Source of the DNA: a virus
Virus record (IMG/VR): IMGVR_UViG_3300045988_080627
DNA: 64,000 nucleotides
Reading direction: 5' to 3' (one strand)
This document shows positions 1-10,786 of the stretch, piece after piece. The notes under the pieces are model-generated. The model was not told the origin of the DNA, did no database searches, and saw only the letters and a list, made by a program, of their open reading frames with translations. A program made the translations under genes and the position numbers. Each line of letters starts with the position of its first letter. Position 1 is the stretch's first letter.

Positions 1-405
1 TATTTATTTATAACTTTAGTAGCTTTATTATAAGTAAGTTTTTGACTTACAGGAACTCTAACAGTATCTGCTTTATAATGAATAGCTCTACGAATAGCTT
101 CACTTATATGCCATACAGCATAAGTTATAAATTTAACATTATATTCACTTTTATATAAATGACTAGCATGAATAAGACCTATATTTCCTTCAGCTATTAA
201 ATCTGATAAAGGTAATCCTTTATTCTGAAACTTTTTAGCTACAGTTACTACAAACTTTAAATTAGCATTTACTAATTTCTCCCAATCTCCAGTATCAGAG
301 CATTCTTTCTCTTCTTCTAAAGATAATGGAGTAGAATGAGTAATGTTATTTAGATAAGCTTGCAGTGCTTCACTATCATCAGTAATTAAATTACACCCAG
401 CCACT
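1..405 (-). CDS. RNA polymerase sigma-70 family factor, partial (C-terminus cut by window edge; no ORF-track entry)
   Basis: Minus-strand translation gives ...LVNANLKFVVTVAKKFQNKGLPLSDLIAEGNIGLIHASHLYKSEYNVKFITYAVWHISEAIRRAIHYKADTVRVPVSQ. This is the classic sigma-70 region 2.1-2.4 signature. The start is probably a GTG near 404. Confidence 0.55.
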
Positions 406-1035
406 TCTATGCCATGTTTCAGTTAATGAACCTTTTGTATAAGTCCTATATAGAGTGCACTCATACTTATCTGGATCTAATTCTTCTGGTAAATCTTCAT
501 CACACTCATAAAATTTATCACTATATAGGTAACAATTAGTTATTTCAGTACCATCATAAGGTTTATACGGCATATTAGAATAATCTATTATATTATATAA
601 AGTATCATCTACATTCATATAATCTGTAGTATAGATTACTTCATTAGGAAAATTTTCCCTCAATTTATCAAAATCAGTAGATATTTGTTCTACACGAGAA
701 TCGTAATAAGAATCAGCTATAATAAAATAAATCATTAGTCTTCTTTTATTAAAGTTTGATCAAATTTTATATTATCTACAGAAACTACTTCAGTACAAAA
801 AGAACATGATGATTTAATAGCTTCTGATATAAGGTCTGCTAATTGTTTAGAAACTTCTTCAGGAAGTTTTCCAATAAATTTTCTTTTATCAGCTCTAATT
901 TTAGCAGGTATTGTTGGCTGAAGACTTGTTTGTCTAATTTTAATAACTGCATCATAAGATACTGAATAATCTTTAATAGGAGAAACATATTTAATTTTAG
1001 GTTTCTTTTCTATTAATACTTTTGGAACTTGTATT

Positions 1036-1371
1036 TTACTCCTTGGCATATTTTCTAGTAGTTTCGTATTCACGCATTAACATTGCAAAAGTACTAACAA
1101 GCGATTCATCGCTTCCAGTATTCCACAAATAGTTAAAGGCGTGGAAAAGCTCATGGTAATATGTGTTAAGAATACATTCTCTTGATAGAAGCTTACCATT
1201 ATCTTTAAATATTCTGATTCTAATGATTTGTTCATCATAGTCAAATTGTCCATATAATGGGTCGTTGCCATCGTATAATTCTTCGTATAATTGTACTTTG
1301 AAGGTATGACATCCAAGAGTAAAGGTCTCCGGAATGTATGGTAATTTTTCATTAGCTATTACGTCTGTCAT
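1036..1371 (-). CDS. HExxH-motif protein (possible zinc metallopeptidase-like)
   Basis: The ORF contains YYHELFHAFNYLW, an HExxH motif. No further recognisable similarity. Confidence 0.3.
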   Translation of the reverse strand: MTDVIANEKLPYIPETFTLGCHTFKVQLYEELYDGNDPLYGQFDYDEQIIRIRIFKDNGKLLSRECILNTYYHELFHAFNYLWNTGSDESLVSTFAMLMREYETTRKYAKE

Positions 1372-1372
1372 T

Positions 1373-2068
1373 TTAAATATTTAAATATAATGGTTCATAA
1401 ATCTCTTTATATTCATTATCTAATATAGATACGTTATATATTTCAGTATTACCTAATTTTAAATATTTATCTTTGCAAGTATGTAAATGCCCACAAAATA
1501 CATATTTAGGCTGTACTCTACAAATAGCATCTGCTAAAGCTTTACCTCCAGCGTGAATGGCTTTTGGATTCCATTGACTAGGAGGTAATAAATCTAAATC
1601 TCCTAACATTGGAGTGTCGTGAGTTAAGATTATATCAGCATCTTCTGGGATATTATCATAATAACCTTTTAACCATTCTTCATTTTGCATAAATGCCCAA
1701 TTACCAAACTTATGACAGAAAGGAGAGCCATATATTTTATAATGTTCAAGACTTCTAGCTATATATTCATAAGTAGTACCTTCCAAGTATGTAAGTTTAA
1801 AATTAGTCTTAGATTCTACTGCATGAATTATAAAAGATGCTCTTTCTATAAGTTTATCGTGATTACCTGCAATCATAACAACTTCATCACAAGGAAGAGA
1901 ATTAATCCATTCTGTAAATTTACCTAGAAACCATAAGGTAGATGCGGTGTTATCAAATTGAATATTCAAAGGAACAATATCTCCTGCTATTAATACTAAC
2001 TCACAAGGTTTAATTTTTGGTAAATGACCATGTAAATCACTTAGTGTGCAAATTTTTGCCATTATCAA
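1373..2068 (-). CDS. calcineurin-like metallophosphoesterase
   Basis: Motifs SDLHGH, IAGDIV and AGNHD match the GDxHG...GDxxD...GNH(D/E) pattern. The track start is TTG; an ATG lies two codons downstream. Confidence 0.6.
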   Translation of the reverse strand: MIMAKICTLSDLHGHLPKIKPCELVLIAGDIVPLNIQFDNTASTLWFLGKFTEWINSLPCDEVVMIAGNHDKLIERASFIIHAVESKTNFKLTYLEGTTYEYIARSLEHYKIYGSPFCHKFGNWAFMQNEEWLKGYYDNIPEDADIILTHDTPMLGDLDLLPPSQWNPKAIHAGGKALADAICRVQPKYVFCGHLHTCKDKYLKLGNTEIYNVSILDNEYKEIYEPLYLNI

Positions 2069-3318
2069 TATAATTGTTTAATAGGATCATCTAAATCATC
2101 TCTTCTAGCTTTAAAGCTAGGCTGCAATGGAATACCATCTTCAGAATAATAGAAAAATTTACATTCTCCAAAATGTCCTTTATATTCGGTATCAAAATTT
2201 TCTACATAATATTCTTTCAAAGCTCTATCTCCCCAAGGCTTAGCTTTGAAAGTTCTACCATCAGGTAACTCCATTATAAATACCATATCTTCAGAACCTC
2301 TTAGCCCTAACTCATAATCTACAATCTTAAAACAGTCATCTTTGTAATTTTTGAACTTGATCATGACATTTTTCCTAGATCCAAACTCATACATGCCTTC
2401 AGGATCTCTACAAACAACTCCTTCCCAACCTTCAGCTACATATTTATCATGTAATTTCATAATATTATCATATCCAGTAACTTTTACTTGAGGTAATATT
2501 TGTAAATGTAATTCAGAATCACTAAAATCTTTATTAGGATTAAATCCAAGTTTAAGATATTTAGCTATTCCAATTAACATCTTTAACCTAGTTTTAAAAG
2601 GTATATTAGGAACCATTATATCATATATAAAGTACTGTAATTCATCACAATCTACAGCATTTTTCTCCATTCTAGCAGCACTATTTATTTTAGCTAGACT
2701 CCAACCATGTTTATAAAGTTCTCCATCGAGTTTAATTGACGGATGTTCTTTAAAGAATTGAATTAATAGTGGATGTTTTCTTATGTGAGTAGTTCCAAAA
2801 TCATAATCTCCACCTCCTCTAGAAGCTGATTTTATTTCTTTACCATCCCAATAAAAAGAACATCTAAGTCCATCCACTTTTCTACTAGCATAATAATAAG
2901 GAGTATTATCAATAGTTTTCCTAGCCACTTTACTAGCTTGCTTGGCTAACATATGTTTAGGAAAACCATTACCATCAGTATTATACTCAGGAAGAAAGTT
3001 TAAAATTATTTTCTCATCTTTATTATCAGGATCTTCTTCAACTTCTTTATAACCTTTATCTTTATATTCTTTAAGTTTAGAGTTAAACTGAAGTTGAGTT
3101 TGTTCCCTAAGAGTTCTACTGACTAATCCTTTCTTTATAGGAATATCTGGATGGTCCAGTCTTTTACCATTTAATTGCCAAGACTGTCTTTTAATAAGAT
3201 AGGCATGAGCAGAATCACTCCACTCATACCATAGTCTTACACATCTAACTTTACCTTTAGCATCCTTAGATACTAAATAAGCATTTGTTTGAAATTCTTT
3301 TTCAAATAAGTCAGACAC
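2065..3318 (-). CDS. ATP-dependent DNA ligase (nucleotidyltransferase)
   Basis: Adenylation motif I KVDGLR (KxDGxR) within ASRKVDGLRCSFYWDG. The size is appropriate for a phage ligase. Confidence 0.55.
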   Translation of the reverse strand: MSDLFEKEFQTNAYLVSKDAKGKVRCVRLWYEWSDSAHAYLIKRQSWQLNGKRLDHPDIPIKKGLVSRTLREQTQLQFNSKLKEYKDKGYKEVEEDPDNKDEKIILNFLPEYNTDGNGFPKHMLAKQASKVARKTIDNTPYYYASRKVDGLRCSFYWDGKEIKSASRGGGDYDFGTTHIRKHPLLIQFFKEHPSIKLDGELYKHGWSLAKINSAARMEKNAVDCDELQYFIYDIMVPNIPFKTRLKMLIGIAKYLKLGFNPNKDFSDSELHLQILPQVKVTGYDNIMKLHDKYVAEGWEGVVCRDPEGMYEFGSRKNVMIKFKNYKDDCFKIVDYELGLRGSEDMVFIMELPDGRTFKAKPWGDRALKEYYVENFDTEYKGHFGECKFFYYSEDGIPLQPSFKARRDDLDDPIKQLY

Positions 3319-3762
3319 GATTCAATTTCTTTAAAGCATCATAAAGTTGCTCCGGTGTTTCCACTTTTACAAGTTCTCCATCTATAGTCCATTCTTTTTC
3401 TACATCTTCATATAACCACCATTCTATATCCTCTACAGTATTTTCATCATTATTAGCTAAAGCTCTTATTAAATCAGTTATAATGAATGTTGTAGATTCA
3501 CCTATAGGAGATTCTCTTAACACACAATTTAAAACATTTTCAAGTTCCTCTAATTTCTTATAATAATTTAAAATATCACGTAAAGAATTACAGAATCTTT
3601 CTTTATCATAAGTTCTGAAAGTAGCATAAGAATCTGATGCTCCTTGTAAGTAATCAGATATTATAATATCTTTAGCATCTTTATTCTTAGAATTAAGTAC
3701 TATGTTATTAGCGTATTGATTACCTAGTACTCTTAATTTCTTTATAAAAGATTCTTTACTTA

Positions 3763-4257
3763 TCACTTTATTCCAGATTTACCATAACCACTATCAGATC
3801 TATCTGTCTCATTCAAAGAATCTGCTTTTATAAAATTAGCTTTTTCCACTTTATTAAGTACTCCTTGTGCAATTCTATCTCCTTGTTCAACCATAAAAGG
3901 TTCAGTACCATTATTTATGAGAATAACTCCAATATTACCTCTATAAACTGCATCTATAGTTCCAGGAGTATTTAACACAGTAATACCATACTTTAAAGCT
4001 AGACCGCTACGAGGACGAACCTGAAGTTCATAACCATTAGGAATTTCCATATATAAACCTGTTGGAATAAGTGCTCTACCTTTAGGATTTATAATTATTG
4101 TGGTAGCACCAGGTTTAGTAGTATTAAATAAATTATCATCATTCTTAATCTCTTCTACATTAGCTCTGAGATCAAAACCTGCATCACCTTCATGTGCATA
4201 CTCAGGAAGTTTATTACTAGATTTATTAATTACTGGAATATTAATAGTTGTGCTCAT
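3763..4257 (-). CDS. dut: dUTP diphosphatase (dUTPase)
   Basis: All canonical dUTPase motifs are present: AGFDLRA, RPRSGLALK, GTIDAVYRG, GDRIAQ. Confidence 0.85.
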   Translation of the reverse strand: MSTTINIPVINKSSNKLPEYAHEGDAGFDLRANVEEIKNDDNLFNTTKPGATTIIINPKGRALIPTGLYMEIPNGYELQVRPRSGLALKYGITVLNTPGTIDAVYRGNIGVILINNGTEPFMVEQGDRIAQGVLNKVEKANFIKADSLNETDRSDSGYGKSGIK

Positions 4258-4506
4258 TTAAATAAGATATTAATTTAGAAATTACATTGTCTTTATCTTC
4301 TGCATAAAAGGCTTTAATAACCTTATCATCTTTTTTTACTAATGCAAATGGAGTTTGGCTACTGCCCCATTCTTGCTGTATCTTATAAGCTTTACTACGT
4401 TCTACTTTAGAACCTCTATCTAAGAATTGTAAAAAAGCTTCTCCATTATAGGAGTTTTTAAACAATTCTACTAATGCTGGATTATTATGAATCAATAATA
4501 CATCAA

Positions 4507-5976
4507 TCATAATAGCATAGTTATATCGCTTCTAGTTCTAGACATACTTACATATTGTAATTGTCTAAGAGTCTCTTTATCTTTAGCTCTAAAGATATCT
4601 TTCATATCTATAAATACATTATCATAAGAAGACCCTTGAGAACGATGAGTAGTAATAGCATACCCGTATTTAAAAGTAGCTTTTCTTATACATCTACCAT
4701 CAGTAAATAGATCTTTAGATGTACAAAAACTTCCCATTAAAGTATAATATATTCCCCACTTCTTTTTTCTATCGTATCCTTGAGAATTTATTGCTTCAGT
4801 TCTTATAGTTTCTATAACTATAGCTAAATCTTCATTACATTCTTCTGGAGCTAATAGCGGAATTTCAAAAGAAGCATTGCTATATTCATCATATAGTTTA
4901 ACTAAATATCCTTTACAACTAGTATAATATGGAACTTTAATAATAGTAGGAGTAAATTCTTCCACTATATAATCCATAGAATTAGTTATTTCATAACCAT
5001 CTTTTTTGAAATTCTCATAAGCCATTAAAATTTCTCCTTTATGAAGAAAGTTATCATCATTCCACAAGAATTTATGAATAGCTTTATTATAGTTATTTAC
5101 ACGAGTATTAGTATAAGCTAGAATTTTAGTGTGTAATATATCTTTAGCTTCTATCTCGTGTTTAAATTCCAAAATTGCTTTTTTACAAAAATTTTCTAAA
5201 TTCGACTCTACAAAGAGACTTCCATCCTCACCTTCACAATTATTCCACTGATATATTGGAGACTCTCTAAGCGTTTGTAAAATGTCTTTAAGACCACTTT
5301 TTTCAGATTGTCTGTATATTTTAGTCAATCTAAATTGATGTTTACATCTAAAGACTTTTGATTGTTTATCTTCTTTTACTGGATTTAATTGAGCATAATC
5401 ATCACAAAAGATAATCATAGTACCCATTAAACTACACTTTTCTACTAATAAATCATATAAATCACTACTTACCATAGACGCTTCATCACAAATGATAATT
5501 CCGTCATATGGTATAGACATTCTTTTATCATCATTAGCAAAGAATCTTAATTCTCTAATATCCAGTTTAAGAATATCTACCTTAGGAGATAATGCTAGCA
5601 TACTATGAAGAGTAGTTGCATCATAGTTATTATACTTTTTAAGTACTAAAGCTGCTTTGTGGGTAGGAGCACATAACTTAACTGGGAAGCCTTTAGTATT
5701 TATCCACTCTAAAAGAAAGCTTATTGTAAGGCTTTTTCCTGTTCCAGCACTTCCCCCTAAATTTATAGGATTTAAAAAGTCTTTTTGTTTGAAATTATCT
5801 AATATAATATCAACTATATCGTGCAATACTTGTAATTGCTCTTCTCCTAATGTTATTTGTTTTTCTTCTTCAATAAATCTTAACCAATTATTTCCTTTTA
5901 CAAAAGGATTATCTATCATATTAGGTCTTTCTGGAGACCCATCGAAATTATCTATATAAATAAATTCATCACTCAT
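4507..5976 (-). CDS. SF1B Dda/RecD-like DNA helicase
   Basis: Walker A GSAGTGKS, motif CAPTHKAA, and motif VI-like ITTHRSQGSSYDNVFID. Confidence 0.7.
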   Translation of the reverse strand: MSDEFIYIDNFDGSPERPNMIDNPFVKGNNWLRFIEEEKQITLGEEQLQVLHDIVDIILDNFKQKDFLNPINLGGSAGTGKSLTISFLLEWINTKGFPVKLCAPTHKAALVLKKYNNYDATTLHSMLALSPKVDILKLDIRELRFFANDDKRMSIPYDGIIICDEASMVSSDLYDLLVEKCSLMGTMIIFCDDYAQLNPVKEDKQSKVFRCKHQFRLTKIYRQSEKSGLKDILQTLRESPIYQWNNCEGEDGSLFVESNLENFCKKAILEFKHEIEAKDILHTKILAYTNTRVNNYNKAIHKFLWNDDNFLHKGEILMAYENFKKDGYEITNSMDYIVEEFTPTIIKVPYYTSCKGYLVKLYDEYSNASFEIPLLAPEECNEDLAIVIETIRTEAINSQGYDRKKKWGIYYTLMGSFCTSKDLFTDGRCIRKATFKYGYAITTHRSQGSSYDNVFIDMKDIFRAKDKETLRQLQYVSMSRTRSDITMLL

Positions 5977-7119
5977 ATAAATATACTCTTTCTCCTTTTG
6001 GAGTAAGAAACCCCTTAGTAAAAGCGTTTATCTTTTCTTTACTACAAGTCTCCCAAGTATTTCTATTTATAGCTTCTTTAAGAGATTTATTATAATAAAT
6101 TATATCTAAGATTGTTTCCCAATATATATCGTTATTATTAGTTTGAAAAGTTAATAATAACTGATATTTCTTAAATAATTCTAAATTTATTTGAGGAGTA
6201 AATTCAAATCTAGGACTATCATATTTATCTTTCCAAGTAACGTCATAACTATGTAACTCAATCCATTTATTAGGAAATCCACAAGGTAGCCCTGATATTA
6301 TAGGTCCAAAATAAATGGAAGGTTTAGGAAATTTAAACCATCTCCTAACCTTCCACCATGTTCTAAGAGGATTCTCCATCAGCACGTTTTAAATAAGGTA
6401 TTAACTCATCTTCTATTATTTTATAAAAAGTCGAGTTAATATCAGTATATACTAGAGTTCCATATAAAGCTTGAATAATTTCTTCTTTATTTAGCTCCCA
6501 CTCTTCCATATAAGATAGAGTGGATTTAATAGACATATCAGAATCAGTGTGTAAGAATTTTATATAATCAAATATATCTTTAATACTTACATCTAATTCA
6601 TCTGTTGTAAGATATTGATATGAAATTTTCATGATTTTAAAGATAATTTAATTATGTATTGTGCTACGTCGTTTATAACTTCTTTTAGACTAGAATCTAA
6701 AGGGTTATTATTTTTATGACCTCGTAGTTTTAAAAATCTATAAGTATAGGCACGAGCTTCCGGCATCCATTTATCAAATACTTCTTTATTAGATAATGTT
6801 GGAGGAAATAAACTTCTAATCCAATTCCAATATTCAGAAGTATCTATCTTTAAAGTTTCTATGAATTTAATTTCCATTCTTTAAAGTAAATTTAAATATT
6901 CCAAAATACTTTCACACAGTAAATCTAATAACTTATCATTGATATACTCATCATATTTTATATCTTGTTTTATAAAGTATCTCTCTAGATAATAATAAAT
7001 ATTATCACTTATATCGTCATACCAACTATCTTTAGGAGCATTTTCCTTCAAGAGTTCATTTTGTATAAACTCTGAAAAATCTTTTACACTAAGATCAAGA
7101 TAAGAAGTATACGGAATCT

Positions 7120-7821
7120 TTATAATATCCATGGTACAATTTGTTTAGTTTCTGTATTTAATACAAATGGTTTACAGCAATCTAGCATAGCATATTTATC
7201 TGTAATTAAAGGCTCAGTTCTTCCTCCCCAAGTGTGCCCAAATATTTGATAATAATCCTTATAAGGATTTTGTATCTGAAAATCTTCTAAACTATTCCAT
7301 ACACAAGAGCCATATTTATTATAACCTCCTCTAGAATATGGAACTTGGTCTAAAGGACTATTATTAGTTATGTCTATATTATCTAAGTCTTTTAATTCCA
7401 GATTATTATAGTCTAACCAATCTTTAGTAATACCTGCATGAGAAAATAAATATTTATGAGGCTCTTTAGTAGTTAAATCTTCATATATGTAATATAATTG
7501 AGGATTTAAACTGCTAATCAACTCTTTTACTTCTTTTTGTTTCCAGTAATCGAATCTACATTTACCATATCCATTGAAATAGCTATGATCGTGATTACCT
7601 AATAAGCATATAACATCAGAAATCTTACGTCTATTCTCTACAAAAGTAACTAATTCTCTAAGATTGGTTAAAGATTCTGCTTTATCAGGCTCTCCATCTA
7701 CATATTCTCCATATGGGTCATGATAATCCCCTAAGAATATAATTTTACCTTCCCAATTATTGCATGGTTCTTTCCAGAAGTCTCGACCATGCAAATCAGG
7801 CACAATTAATATTTTATTCAT
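7120..7821 (-). CDS. Ser/Thr-phosphatase-like metallophosphoesterase
   Basis: VPDLHGR...FLGDYHD...LGNHD, a lambda-phosphatase-like motif set. Confidence 0.55.
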   Translation of the reverse strand: MNKILIVPDLHGRDFWKEPCNNWEGKIIFLGDYHDPYGEYVDGEPDKAESLTNLRELVTFVENRRKISDVICLLGNHDHSYFNGYGKCRFDYWKQKEVKELISSLNPQLYYIYEDLTTKEPHKYLFSHAGITKDWLDYNNLELKDLDNIDITNNSPLDQVPYSRGGYNKYGSCVWNSLEDFQIQNPYKDYYQIFGHTWGGRTEPLITDKYAMLDCCKPFVLNTETKQIVPWIL

Positions 7822-8731
7822 TCAAATACCATTCTTTAAATTTTTCTAAGAACTCATCTTCAGTAACTAAGTCTGTAATATTTTCGGAATCTATATCACC
7901 TACAGAATATTCATAAGGAGAGGCATATTTAATTAACTCCTCTATATAATCTTCTATATAATCTTGAATATTCTCAATAATTTTATCTATATCATCATTT
8001 TTATTTCCGATATAATGCTTGATATAGTTCACAATCTTCAACAGATACGTGTCGAATTTCACGCCATGTTAAGTTTATCATTCTTCTTTTAATTCTTCTT
8101 TTAATTCTTCTAAATGTTTAGTATAATAATCTAATAATTTATCTTCCGCCACCTCTTTTATTTGTTGGCAAAGATCATCACTTGTCATATTATCTATAAT
8201 ATCTTGTTCTAAATCCATATCTCTTACAAAACCGTCATACCAGCAATCAGGATTATTGAATATATCATCAATTAAATCCTCTGGAGTAGCTGTATTTCCT
8301 AAGTCCTCCAAAGTAGCCGATATATCCCAAGTTTCGATAAACCAATTAACTATAGATTCTATTGAATAATTATACTTACTAGCTAAGTTTATTTCTTTTT
8401 GATATATAAAATACATATTAATATGGTTTAAAATGTTGTTCTATTAGTTTACCTTCTTTATATACAAGGGTTCTTTCACCTTCTTCTGAATTATCAGGTT
8501 CATATCCTTCATAATAGTATTTACCATCTTTGAAAAATATTTCATCTTCTACAATAGTACAATTATAAGGGAGCCAATCCGCTTTTAAGTTTTCTTCAAA
8601 AGGTTCATAAACATCAAACATTGATACAGCTTCTTTAGTAGTATAATAAACATTATCATACCCTTTAAAAGCTTTTAAATTATAAGAAATGTCAGTAATA
8701 GCACTGCCATCAAATATTCCGTATAACTTCA

Positions 8732-9172
8732 TTACAGTAAAGATTTAAATATTTTAACAATAGTACTCTTCTGAGCAGTAGGGAAACTACTCTGAACATC
8801 TGCAATAACACCTTTAGTATCTTTAATAGTAAGAGTTGTTATTTCCATTAATTCAGCAATAAGTTCTTTTATTTCTTGCTCTGAAGGTTCTTTAGGTATA
8901 AATTCTTGGATAAGACCTAATTCTTTAGCATCTTTGTCTCTTAAATCATAACGACCTGCTTTATCATATATAGCTATAGTTTTTATACGCGTTTTAGCCA
9001 TTTGCTGTAGAACTTCTAATTCAGAAATCGGTTTCTCAGAATACTTATTACGAGATAATTCTGATTTAATCAATTTTGCAGTATCTAAAATAAAAGTATT
9101 AGAAGTCTTTCTAGCCTTCTCAATAATTTCATCAATACTCTGTTCTAATTCTGTTTTAATTTCTTTCATCAT
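8732..9172 (-). CDS. GatB/YqeY-domain protein
   Basis: Resembles YqeY: ...YDKAGRYDLRDKDAKELGLIQEFIPKEPSEQEIKELI...KDTKGVIADVQ... Confidence 0.4.
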   Translation of the reverse strand: MMKEIKTELEQSIDEIIEKARKTSNTFILDTAKLIKSELSRNKYSEKPISELEVLQQMAKTRIKTIAIYDKAGRYDLRDKDAKELGLIQEFIPKEPSEQEIKELIAELMEITTLTIKDTKGVIADVQSSFPTAQKSTIVKIFKSLL

Positions 9173-9956
9173 TTATTACTATATTTTTATTAACCATCCA
9201 ACTTATATTATCCATTATTTTTATAGCGTAAGGCTAAAATTAAATAGTTGATAGCTTCTAATTCACTATCAGATAAAGTTATTAATTTACCATTAATATC
9301 AATATCGTATCCTTCTCCATTAGCCCATTCCGTAAGGGTTATATAATCAGAGTCTTTACCACTATATGTATATTTTTTAAGATTGTCAGTAATCTGATTC
9401 ACCTTCGTTATTTCCATGATTTAACTTATTAAAACCATAAATAATTAATTCTTTAAAATCTTTTTCTTCTTGTTCTGTTAAATCTAAAGGTCTTTCATCT
9501 ATCCACATAAACTCATAAATTCCTTCATGCTCATTATATTCAAAACTTGCTATAGTATAACAAGTTTCAGGATGATTAAAGCAGCTCTTATGTAATTTAT
9601 GCCAAGAAAAGTTTGGATCTCTGTACCAATTATCATCTACTTTTATAAAATCATCCTCATGCCCATAATAACAATTAGGCATATATCTATTTATATGATA
9701 AGCTTTAATTTCTGGAGGATTTTTTAAAAGATAGGTAGCAACCTTAAATTCTAAATTATTTATTCGTTTAGGCTCTATCATCATTTATATTAATTTTACC
9801 TTCTTTAATCATAAATTCTATTTCATCTTCTCTATAACCAAGAACATCATATAAATAAACTTCTACATCATCAATATCATCTGGAACTGTTACTAAATCA
9901 ACACTTCCTACACTATAATTTAAAATTGCGCATTCCATAAAACTAAAAAAGGAGGC

Positions 9957-10457
9957 TTATTCAGCCTCCTTCCAAAATATATTAGTACACCATGTCATTA
10001 TATGGGTTTTTCTATCTATCTTATAAAATTTTTGATTAGTATTTGGATTATTTAATGGTCCAAATTGTTTTATATAAGGACCCAGCTTAAGATAATCAAA
10101 ATTATCAAGATCTATAACTTCATCAGCTAGTGTTTGTCTACCGCTATACCATCCAATATGTAATTCAGGATAATTTTCTCTAACCCATTTAGCTAATTTA
10201 TTTACTTCCTTTGGATCAGAGTCTCCTCCCATAAATCCTACTAATGTAATTCCTTTATTAGATTCAATTAATCCTTGGAGTCGTTCCAAGGATAATATTT
10301 CTCCAATATCTTTTGACAAATAAGGTGAGTGGCAACCATCGCAGAAACAATTGCAACCACTGATGTTAATACACAGAGAGACTTCATTAGGAAATTCTGC
10401 AAAAGTAACAGCTGTATCAACATATTTAAGCATAGAACTCCTTAATTTTGTTCTCAA
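9957..10457 (-). CDS. nrdG: anaerobic ribonucleotide reductase activating protein (radical SAM)
   Basis: CNCFCDGC is the CxxxCxxC radical-SAM cluster motif. The gene lies immediately downstream of nrdD and a thioredoxin-like gene. Confidence 0.75.
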   Translation of the reverse strand: MRTKLRSSMLKYVDTAVTFAEFPNEVSLCINISGCNCFCDGCHSPYLSKDIGEILSLERLQGLIESNKGITLVGFMGGDSDPKEVNKLAKWVRENYPELHIGWYSGRQTLADEVIDLDNFDYLKLGPYIKQFGPLNNPNTNQKFYKIDRKTHIMTWCTNIFWKEAE

Positions 10458-10689
10458 GCATATCGGCAGTTAAAACTCCAGAAGTTCTTCCTACTTCTAT
10501 ATCATCTTTTATAAATACAAGAGTTGGAAGATTTCTAATATTATATTTAAGAGTAGTTTCTTCCTCTGTTTCTATGTCTACTGTAGTTAAAGTAATATCA
10601 GTATGATTTTCTAATACTCTTTTTAAAATAGGTGCTAAAGCTTTACATTGTCCACACCACTCTGCTTCAAATTTTAATATTTTTTTCAT
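10426..10689 (-). CDS. thioredoxin/glutaredoxin-like redoxin
   Basis: WCGQCK active-site motif in an 87-aa protein. Its start codon overlaps the inferred nrdD exon 2 stop (ATGA). Confidence 0.6.
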   Translation of the reverse strand: MKKILKFEAEWCGQCKALAPILKRVLENHTDITLTTVDIETEEETTLKYNIRNLPTLVFIKDDIEVGRTSGVLTADMLENKIKEFYA

Positions 10690-10786
10690 TGTGCTAATTC
10701 TATATTAATTTCTAATTCATTCTTTCTACTTCTAGTACTACCTTCTAGTTGTCTAGCAGCACTCCAGTTAGAAATTTTTGTTAAAT
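10686..10786 (-). CDS. nrdD: nrdD exon 2 (inferred)
   Basis: Joining exon 1 (...ggg t) to 10786 (at tta aca...) gives RIIGYLTKISNWSAARQLEGSTRSRKNELEINIELAQ*. This restores the RxxGY glycyl-radical motif and a C-terminal tail similar in flavour to the E. coli NrdD tail (GYLG...NAGKQEE), as recalled from memory. Exon 1 ends in U and the intron ends in G. Confidence 0.65.

Noticed and set aside
1685-1927. Plus-strand ORFs antisense to minus-strand genes (1685..1927, 5657..5959, 14206..14400, 17581..17826, 18347..18649, 19111..19600, 28057..28308, 29346..29570, 38360..38707, 39167..39829, 41328..41858, 55673..56315 and similar)
   Set aside because: They lie wholly inside longer minus-strand genes with recognisable products, have low-complexity translations, and fit the AT-rich antisense ORF background.
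6363-6632. ORF 6363..6632 ends with TAG followed by TAG and TAA within 10 codons; considered as a readthrough extension
   Set aside because: The extension (QNMVEG, then EMV) is short and non-conserved-looking. It reads more like ordinary tandem backup stops and is not evidence either way.
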